DNA of 28,036 nt from Bacteroidota bacterium (GTDB lineage: Bacteria; Bacteroidota; Ignavibacteria; UBA10030): the NCBI GenBank assembly GCA_025455125.1, contig JALONE010000002.1, positions 1 through 28,036 of the forward strand, written 5' to 3'. Every line of letters begins with the position of its first letter. The stretch's first letter is position 1. A program made the position numbers and the translations under genes. Positions 7,895-14,590 of the stretch are shown here, one piece after another. A model generated the notes under the pieces. That model had not been told where the DNA came from and did no database searches. It saw nothing but the letters and a program-made list of their open reading frames with translations.

Positions 7895-8683
7895 ATGAAC
7901 CGCCTCGCTTCATCGTTCATCGCCGCTTTCTCCGTGTTCATCCTGGTCGGTTGCAGTCCGAACAGCGATCCCGCTTCTTCAACATCCGGCACGCCGGTTC
8001 GGATCAGTTTATCCCTCGGCTCTATGGATGCCGGGATGCTCAAGAACTCCTTCACCGATGCGGCCGATTCGCTTCAGATCGACAGCGCGGTGGTCGTATT
8101 TTCGCGCATCAAATTCACATCGCGCATTGACAGTGTAATCGTCGATTCTACTGGCGAAGACATTGGGGAGATCGAGCGTGAACTGGAAGTGACCTTCCGC
8201 GGACCCTTTGTCGTGCACGTTGAACCGCAGTCGGTTGTCTCCTTTGCGAATCAGCGTCTTCCGGCCGGCAACTACAACGGGATCACGCTGAAGGTGCACC
8301 GCCTCATTCCGGGTGAGCGATACGACGACAGTCATGAGTTCAACGGACGAGGCCGAGGTGCACTCGACACGCTTGCCTATGGTGCAAGCCTGCTCGTTTG
8401 GGGAAAAGTGCTGAAGAATGGCGAATGGGTTCCCTTCAAGTTTGCCTTCGACGGCGAGCTCCAATACAAGCTGCGCGGCAACTTTGTGGTCGGCGATGGC
8501 GGAACGATCGACATTGCGTTGCGATTCGACCCGGCGCTCTGGTTCCGCGATGTTCGGAGCGGTGCCCTCCTTGACCCAACGGACACATCGCTCAGGGGTG
8601 AGATCCGAAAAGCCATTCAACGCTCGTTCATGAACATGCGCGCCGGCCGAGACGGCAACCGGGACGGACATCCGGACAACTGA
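7895..8683 (+). CDS. Lipoprotein, DUF4382-like beta-sandwich
   Basis: Signal peptide with lipobox ILVG-C. LPAGNYNGITLKVH, IALRFDPALWF and an acidic C-terminus (DGNRDGHPD). SD ggag. Confidence 0.7.
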   Translation: MNRLASSFIAAFSVFILVGCSPNSDPASSTSGTPVRISLSLGSMDAGMLKNSFTDAADSLQIDSAVVVFSRIKFTSRIDSVIVDSTGEDIGEIERELEVTFRGPFVVHVEPQSVVSFANQRLPAGNYNGITLKVHRLIPGERYDDSHEFNGRGRGALDTLAYGASLLVWGKVLKNGEWVPFKFAFDGELQYKLRGNFVVGDGGTIDIALRFDPALWFRDVRSGALLDPTDTSLRGEIRKAIQRSFMNMRAGRDGNRDGHPDN

Positions 8684-8712
8684 CGCGGCGTTCGACGACA
8701 CAAGATGACGAG

Positions 8713-8736
8713 AGGGCTCTTCGGAGCCCTTTTTTT
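8713..8736 (+). terminator. Rho-independent terminator
   Basis: agggctc-ttcg-gagccct followed by a T tract, 30 bp after the stop. Confidence 0.9.
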
Positions 8737-8828
8737 CATATGGGAAAGTTGGGACAATCGTTTGGCTCGACTCCCGGCTTCTTAAGCTGCCGGGAGAGCA
8801 CTTCTGGGAAAGCGCTTCGGCTGACGTT

Positions 8829-8980
8829 CCAAGATCGCAAGAGACAAGAGCCAAACAAGTGCCAATAACCAACCCGCCAAGAGCCAATGGCGGTGTTATG
8901 AGCAGAGCGCACAAGGATACAAATTCAAATATCCATCCGTGCTTATCCGCATTTCATCCGTGGCTATCCGTGTTCGTCTT
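8829..8980 (+). repeat. 152-bp direct repeat, copy 2
   Basis: Same orientation as 7620-7771, 1209 bp downstream. Confidence 0.95.
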
Positions 8981-9038
8981 TGAACTTGGGTTGGCCGGGG
9001 GTGTTAGACTCCCGGAGCGCGGTCATCTTCGCATCCCA

Positions 9039-9836
9039 TCATTTCAGCAACGTCATCTTCCTCACTCGCACCTCGTTCCCCGCCTGTAACCGATACACAT
9101 ACACGCCGCTCGGCATATCCGATGCGTCCCACGCCACCGTGTGACTCCCCGGCCCCTTCTCCTCGTTCACTAGCACCGCAACCTCGCGTCCACTAATGTC
9201 ATGGACAGAGACTCGAACAAATCCGAAATCCGCAATCCGAAATCCGAGTTGAGTTGTTGGATTGAACGGATTGGGATAGTTCTGCTCCAGCTGCATTGTG
9301 GTCGGCACCGCTTCGTCAGCAACGCTCGTCGCGGATGAGACCGTGATCGACTTGTTGGGGGCGTGATTCCAGGCGTCGCCTCCGCTTCCGCTGAGGAGGT
9401 TGACGCTGTTGCCCGTCGCATAGAGCGTTGCCGACCCCGGCGTGGAAGGAGCTGTGTAGGCGAAATTGAAGGTCGTTGTTCCAGACACAGGCGCTCGCGG
9501 GGTTTGGTGCGTCAGCTCACCGCTGATCAATTGCAGGCCGCCGCCAACGCTGGCTTCCAGCGTCCCATTGCTCGCGGCAAGATTCACTCCCGCCGCCGCA
9601 AGCGGACCGCCGGCGATGGTCACCAGGTAATTCCCTTTTTCGCCTGGTGTGAGCGTGCTCGGACCGACGATCTCGACGGTGACACCGTTGTTACTCGGAC
9701 CGTGACACGTGCAGCCAGCGCCGTTCTTCTGTGTCATCGATGTGATCCCACCCGAGTATCCAAGCACGAGCAATGACGAGAGGGCGATTCCCGCAATCGC
9801 CAAGACATGTGCGGAGCGTGTGGTAAGTTTCGGCAT
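9039..9836 (-). CDS. Secreted Reeler-like (choice-of-anchor V type) protein with T9SS type A C-terminal sorting domain
   Basis: Signal peptide, YSGG...GCTCHG, Reeler-like strands (AGVNLA, ELTH, FAYTAP, LYATGN) and CTD LEQNYPNPFNPTT...GREVAVLVNE...SGVYVYRLQAG...KMTLLK. Confidence 0.82.
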   Translation of the reverse strand: MPKLTTRSAHVLAIAGIALSSLLVLGYSGGITSMTQKNGAGCTCHGPSNNGVTVEIVGPSTLTPGEKGNYLVTIAGGPLAAAGVNLAASNGTLEASVGGGLQLISGELTHQTPRAPVSGTTTFNFAYTAPSTPGSATLYATGNSVNLLSGSGGDAWNHAPNKSITVSSATSVADEAVPTTMQLEQNYPNPFNPTTQLGFRIADFGFVRVSVHDISGREVAVLVNEEKGPGSHTVAWDASDMPSGVYVYRLQAGNEVRVRKMTLLK

Positions 9837-9875
9837 TCGGAACCTCGCATGTGTTGTGGTGGGGACTTGTCTTCA

Positions 9876-9903
9876 TAAACGATTTCCATCTGCTTGCGGT
9901 TCC
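9876..9903 (-). promoter_or_regulatory. Candidate ECF-sigma promoter GGAACC-N16-CGTTTA
   Basis: The minus strand reads ggaacc gcaagcagatggaaat cgttta, about 40 bp upstream of ATG 9836. Confidence 0.45.
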
Positions 9904-9959
9904 AGATCTCTTCTCGTATGAGGTAACTCGTCCCTTTGCTGGTGCTGGCGTCAGAATTC

Positions 9960-9988
9960 TTGCTCAGTCCCGCACTTTGTCTTACATT
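9960..9988 (+). promoter_or_regulatory. Candidate sigma70 promoter TTGCTC-N17-TACATT
   Basis: Canonical spacing, 34 bp upstream of ATG 10023. Confidence 0.5.
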
Positions 9989-10022
9989 GATGCAATTCCT
10001 CTCACCGATATCGGAGACCCTC

Positions 10023-11465
10023 ATGCGTCGTTCGTTCCTGCTGCTCGTTGTCTTCCTGCTCTCTCTCTCGAGTTTGTCTGCACAGACCCTTGCCGTCGAC
10101 GATCCCGTTCTGAAGAACATCTGGTTCGATGCCATGGACTCAACTCAGTTGCCGCGGCTGGCGCACGAACTTCTCGAGGTCATCGGTCCCCGTGTCGTCG
10201 GAACGCCACAAATGATGCAGGCGAACGACTGGGTCGTCTCGACCTACAAGGCATGGAACGTCGAGGCCCGCAACGAGCAATACGGACAGTGGCGCGGTTG
10301 GGAACGGGGTGTCACGCACATCGACCTCCTCGAGCCTCGCGTGCGCACGTTGGAAGGAACGATGCTCGCCTGGAGCCCCGGAACAAAGAAGAACGGTGTG
10401 AAAGCTGAGTGCATTATTCTTCCCGATGTGACCTTCGACAGCCTCAAGGCGAAGCGCGAGCGAGAGACAAAGGCCTGGGGCGAACGCATTCGAAAGACAG
10501 GATTCCGTTCGGATACATTGGCCAATGTTCTCGAGCAAGCGGGCGCCGTTGGCGTGATCAGTTCAATGTGGTCCCAAGGCTGGGGAGCGCGGAGAATCTT
10601 CGGAACGAAGGCACAGACGGCTCCGGTCGTCGACCTGAGTCTTGAAGATTACGGGATGGTCTATCGCCTCATCGAATCCGGAAACAAGCCGGTCGTTCGG
10701 ATCTTCGCAGAGTCGAAGTTCCTCGCACCGCAGCCGGCTTTCAATACGATCGGCATGATCCGCGGCACGGAAAAGCCGGAAGAGTATGTCATCTTCTCCG
10801 CACACCTGGACTCATGGGACGGCGCAACCGGCGCGACCGACAACGGTACCGGAACTATCATCATGATGGAAGCGATGCGCATCCTGAAGAAGTACTATCC
10901 AAATCCCAAGCGGACGATTCTCGCCGGGCACTGGGGAAGCGAGGAGCAGGGATTGAATGGATCGCGCGCTTTTGTGGCCGACCATCCGGAGATCGTTGCA
11001 AAGGCGCAAGCCGTGTTCAACCAGGACAACGGCACCGGACGTGTGGTCAACATGAGCGCGCAGGGATTTGTCAACGCGGGAGAATTTCTTGCCCGGTGGC
11101 TTACGCGTGTTCCGTCTGAGGTCACACGCCACATTCAATTGGGTCTTCCCGGAATGCCCGGCGGCGGTGGATCGGACAACGCGTCATTTACTACCGTTGG
11201 CGCACCCGGATTCGGCCTTGGGTCGAATTCGTGGGACTATTTCGCGTACACGTGGCACACGAACCGCGACACGTACGACAAGCTCGTCTTTGATGAGATC
11301 AAGAACAACGTCGTCCTCGCCGCCTCGCTTGCCTATCTCGCCTCCGAGGATCCGCAGTTCGTCCCCCGCGAGAAGCGCGTGATGCCCATTGATCCAAAGA
11401 CCGGCCAACCGCGTCCTTGGCCGCAGATGCGGGGAGAACCGGATCGGGTGGGAGGGGGGAGGTAA
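10023..11465 (+). CDS. Secreted M28-family metallopeptidase (carboxypeptidase Q-like)
   Basis: SAHLDSWD, ATDNGTG, SEEQGLNGS, NQDNG, GGGSD and WHTNRDTYD. Signal peptide from MRRSFLLL (ATG 10023, SD ggag). Confidence 0.92.
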   Translation: MRRSFLLLVVFLLSLSSLSAQTLAVDDPVLKNIWFDAMDSTQLPRLAHELLEVIGPRVVGTPQMMQANDWVVSTYKAWNVEARNEQYGQWRGWERGVTHIDLLEPRVRTLEGTMLAWSPGTKKNGVKAECIILPDVTFDSLKAKRERETKAWGERIRKTGFRSDTLANVLEQAGAVGVISSMWSQGWGARRIFGTKAQTAPVVDLSLEDYGMVYRLIESGNKPVVRIFAESKFLAPQPAFNTIGMIRGTEKPEEYVIFSAHLDSWDGATGATDNGTGTIIMMEAMRILKKYYPNPKRTILAGHWGSEEQGLNGSRAFVADHPEIVAKAQAVFNQDNGTGRVVNMSAQGFVNAGEFLARWLTRVPSEVTRHIQLGLPGMPGGGGSDNASFTTVGAPGFGLGSNSWDYFAYTWHTNRDTYDKLVFDEIKNNVVLAASLAYLASEDPQFVPREKRVMPIDPKTGQPRPWPQMRGEPDRVGGGR

Positions 11466-11584
11466 TTGTGGATTGGGGATTGTGGATTGGGGATTGGGGG
11501 GATATGAAAGCAATTGGGTGATGAGGAGATTGAGTGATGGGGGAACTGGACAATTGGTGATTTGTGATTTGTGATTGTTGATTG
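11465..11584. repeat. Short tandem heptamer arrays (ATTGKGG x5 at 11465-11499; GTGATTK-like x4 at 11557-11584)
   Basis: Visible 7-bp period. The minus-strand unit CCCCAAT equals the cyanobacterial STRR1 heptamer. Confidence 0.85.
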
Positions 11585-11617
11585 AGGGAGTCTGGAGTGC
11601 ATATTCTGGGAACCGGG

Positions 11618-13018
11618 ATGCTGTGGTTCTTTATCTTGCTGTGTGTGCCTTCGTTCGCACAGCAGCTTCCTCGCTACGACGTGGTCATCGTCGGGGGGCG
11701 GGTGATGGACCCGGAGCGGCGGTTTGATCAGATCGCCAATGTCGGCATCGTCGGCGGATCGATCCGGGAGATCTCATCGCAGCCACTTGTCGGGAAAAGA
11801 ACGATCTCCGCGAAAGGGCTTGTCGTCGCGCCGGGATTCATCGACGTTCTCTCATACGATCCGGTGGAACCCGGCGTTTGGAACAAGCTTGCTGACGGGG
11901 TGACGACCGCTCTCGCGATGCATGGCGGCGCGTCCGATCCGGAACGATGGTATCCAACGATGGAGCGTCGTCGTCCGCCAATCCACTACGGCGCTTCGTT
12001 CTTCTATTCCGAAGCCCGTCGACGATACCAGGACGACATCTACAAGCCGGTCGCCGCCGAGGATATTCCGCGCCTTGCGGCAATGGCGGAACGCGCGCTG
12101 AAGCACGGCGCACTCGGTGTTTCCTTCAGCCTGGAATATGTCCCCGGCATCACGCGAGATGAAATTCTGCCATTGATGCGTCTCGCCAAACGCTACGATG
12201 TTCCTGCGTTCTTCCATGTACGCTATTCAGATATGGAAGAACCGGGAACGAACATCGACGCATTACGCGAGGTGCTGGAGTACGCACAAGAGACGGGTGC
12301 GGCAGTCCACATCGATCACATCGCGAGCACGGGGGGAACGTTCTCGATGACGCAATCGCTCGCGATGATCGATGACGCGCGAGCGAAGGGAGCGGATGTT
12401 ACGGCATGCATCTATCCCTACACCTTTTGGGGAACGTATCTGAACTCCGCGCGATTCAACAGCGGGTGGCAGCAGCGTTTTCGCATCTCGTATGGGGATC
12501 TTCAATTGGCGGGTTCCACCGAACGATTGACGCAGGAATCGTTCCAGCGATATCGCCGGCAGGGAAAGCTTGCTGTTGCGTATGCGATTCCCGAAGAGGA
12601 TGTCCGAGCCGCACTCCGTGCTCCCTACGTGATGATCGGAAGCGATGCGATTCTCGAACCGGGCTTCAACAATCACCCCCGTGCGTCAGGGACATTCTCG
12701 CGCACGATCGCAACGTATGTTCGCGAACAGCGCGTCCTGACATTGATGGATGCACTCGCGAAGATGACCCTCCTCCCAGCGCAACGGCTGGAGCAGGCAA
12801 TTCCAGCGATGAAGAAGAAAGGTCGGCTGCACGTTGGTGCCGATGCGGACATCGCCATCTTCGACCCGGACCAGATCCGTGACCGCGCCACGGTGGAGCA
12901 CCCAGAACTGCGCTCGACCGGCATTCCTTATGTCCTTGTCTCCGGGCGTGTCGTCATTGAGGAAGGCAAGCTTCAGCATCAAGTTCGTGCTGGCGAAGCC
13001 ATTCGAGGCGGGGCGTAA
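11618..13018 (+). CDS. Secreted amidohydrolase (N-acyl-D-amino-acid deacylase/dihydroorotase-like)
   Basis: GGRVMDP, VVAPGFID, DGVTT, FFHVR, HIDHI, IGSDA, HPRASGTF and KGRLHVGADADIAIFD. Signal peptide from ATG 11618. Confidence 0.88.
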   Translation: MLWFFILLCVPSFAQQLPRYDVVIVGGRVMDPERRFDQIANVGIVGGSIREISSQPLVGKRTISAKGLVVAPGFIDVLSYDPVEPGVWNKLADGVTTALAMHGGASDPERWYPTMERRRPPIHYGASFFYSEARRRYQDDIYKPVAAEDIPRLAAMAERALKHGALGVSFSLEYVPGITRDEILPLMRLAKRYDVPAFFHVRYSDMEEPGTNIDALREVLEYAQETGAAVHIDHIASTGGTFSMTQSLAMIDDARAKGADVTACIYPYTFWGTYLNSARFNSGWQQRFRISYGDLQLAGSTERLTQESFQRYRRQGKLAVAYAIPEEDVRAALRAPYVMIGSDAILEPGFNNHPRASGTFSRTIATYVREQRVLTLMDALAKMTLLPAQRLEQAIPAMKKKGRLHVGADADIAIFDPDQIRDRATVEHPELRSTGIPYVLVSGRVVIEEGKLQHQVRAGEAIRGGA

Positions 13019-13023
13019 TAAGC

Positions 13024-13047
13024 GTGTGACATCGGTCATTATGACCG
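13024..13047. promoter_or_regulatory. Second copy (inverted) of the 7808-7822 motif plus an overlapping palindrome
   Basis: gtgtgacatcggtca is the exact reverse complement of 7808-7822; cggtcat-t-atgaccg (13033-13047) is palindromic. Confidence 0.5.
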
Positions 13048-13188
13048 CTCGGACGTAGAAATTTCCTTTCGCCTGTGTGCTCAATCACTCAATTTCAGCT
13101 GGAAACTCCCTTAATTACTGGGTACAGGGCTTGTAATTATGTGCATATAGACGCGGGGCTTGTGAATGAAGGATCTTTGGAGGCAATA

Positions 13189-14406
13189 ATGAAGAGGCTG
13201 ATAGTAATTGGAGCGATGAGTTTTCTCTTTCTCGCGGGATGCGAGAAGGCGGTGGAGCCTGCCGTGCAAGGGGTTCCAGATCAGACTGACGGCCGAATCA
13301 CCGTCATCAACGACGAAGCAAAATTGGCTGGCCGCGTGACGGTTCGCGATGAAGATATGACGATCTCTTCCGGATTGCCGAAAGCAGCGGCGCCGCTCGC
13401 GTTTTCGCTGAAGTTGAATTCCGAGATCACACCGCCGACCGTTGGTGGACAGAAACTTCAGGCGACGTCCGTTGTGTTGAACGCCAACTTTGCATACGTC
13501 AGCTACAACATGCAGGGATTGAGCGCCATTGGTGCCATTGACGTTGTTCAAGTGAAGGGTGTGAAGAACGCCGTTATTCGCGCATCCGTCCAGTTCGCGG
13601 ATACGGACATCAATAACGTGTTCTTCGACAACAACAAGGTCTATCTGGCAGAAGCATCCGGGAATCCGGCGTACGATTCCCCATCGTTCGTCGAAGCACT
13701 GGTTTCTAACGGCGGCAAACTCCAACTGAACGGGAATGCGAAGCGCATGTTGAGCAGTTATGCCGCAACGTCGGTCGTCGCAAGCAATGGAAAGGTCTAT
13801 GCAACGACTGGAAATACCGGTGGATTGTATGTTCTCACACAGAACAGCACGTTGGATGTCGAGTCTTTCACATCGCTGGAGGATGCGCGATGGGTCGACC
13901 TTGATGCGAATTACGTTGTTGTCGCACAGGGAACGCCAGGACGTCTCTCTGTGTTCAATCGTTCTACGATGGCGTTGTTGAATACATACTCCGTTCCCGG
14001 TGCAACGATCGCGGAATCGAAATCCACCGTTCGCGTCATCGGTGGCAAGGGGCTCTTCGCCGCTGGTGATGCCGGAGTGCAACTGGTGAATCTCGCCACT
14101 GGCACAATCGTTGGTTCGCTCCCGCGCGTCACAGTCAGCGGTCTAGACCCATCCGTGACCGTTACAAACGCCGTCGATGCGGCAGGGGCGTATGTCTATA
14201 TATCGAATGGCGAGGCTGGCATCTACGTTGCACAAGCTTCTCAAGCGCTGGAGAACCTGAGTGGGAACACAACGGTGACCTTGACAACGCTCGGTAAGCT
14301 TCAATTCGCAAGCCTGCAATCCGCAAATCATGTGGCGTTCGATGGAAAGCAGATCGCCGTCGCGGCGGGACTTGGCGGCGTGAAGCTGGTGGATATGACA
14401 GAGTAG
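13189..14406 (+). CDS. Lipoprotein with LVIVD-like beta-propeller repeats
   Basis: MKRLIVIGAMSFLFLAG-C lipobox with SD ggagg. Repeats NFAYVSY, KVYLAEA, AGDAGVQLVNL, YVYISNGEAGIYV and AAGLGGVKLVD. Confidence 0.78.
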   Translation: MKRLIVIGAMSFLFLAGCEKAVEPAVQGVPDQTDGRITVINDEAKLAGRVTVRDEDMTISSGLPKAAAPLAFSLKLNSEITPPTVGGQKLQATSVVLNANFAYVSYNMQGLSAIGAIDVVQVKGVKNAVIRASVQFADTDINNVFFDNNKVYLAEASGNPAYDSPSFVEALVSNGGKLQLNGNAKRMLSSYAATSVVASNGKVYATTGNTGGLYVLTQNSTLDVESFTSLEDARWVDLDANYVVVAQGTPGRLSVFNRSTMALLNTYSVPGATIAESKSTVRVIGGKGLFAAGDAGVQLVNLATGTIVGSLPRVTVSGLDPSVTVTNAVDAAGAYVYISNGEAGIYVAQASQALENLSGNTTVTLTTLGKLQFASLQSANHVAFDGKQIAVAAGLGGVKLVDMTE

Positions 14407-14435
14407 TAAGTAGGGAGTATTGAGTATTAAGTAGT
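14401..14435 (+). repeat. RAGTAKK heptamer tandem array (5 units)
   Basis: gagtagt aagtagg gagtatt gagtatt aagtagt; the first unit contains the stop codon. Confidence 0.75.
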
Positions 14436-14449
14436 AGAGGAGAATCCTT

Positions 14450-14488
14450 GGCGGGTTGTGGCGGTTAGTGCTACGACCCGCCTTTCTT
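14450..14488 (+). terminator. Rho-independent terminator
   Basis: ggcgggttgtggc / gctacgacccgcc 13-bp stem (two G-U pairs), then tttctt. Confidence 0.75.
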
Positions 14489-14590
14489 GTGTACGCGAGC
14501 GTTCCTTTTGTCCCATTCCGCTTTCTTCTCTCCTCGTTTTGTCGTACGTTCTCACCTGCTCATCTCACACAATTCGAGGATATCTCCATC

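Noticed and set aside
8009-8914. 301-aa minus-strand ORF starting within repeat copy 2
   Set aside because: Antisense to the lipoprotein gene and runs through its terminator and the repeat; no motifs.
7620-8980. 152-bp repeats as a CRISPR array or integron attC cassette
   Set aside because: Only two long copies with a gene between them, no cas or intI gene, and no overall attC-type palindrome. A GTTAGAC near 9003 follows only one copy.
9936-10022. Long N-terminal extensions from the ORF track (also 11582, 13075, 14456, 18422, 19568, 23567, 24825)
   Set aside because: These run through promoters, terminators or repeats. Downstream ATGs give proper signal peptides and, in several cases, SD sites.
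13111-14082. 323-aa minus-strand ORF
   Set aside because: Antisense shadow of the propeller lipoprotein.
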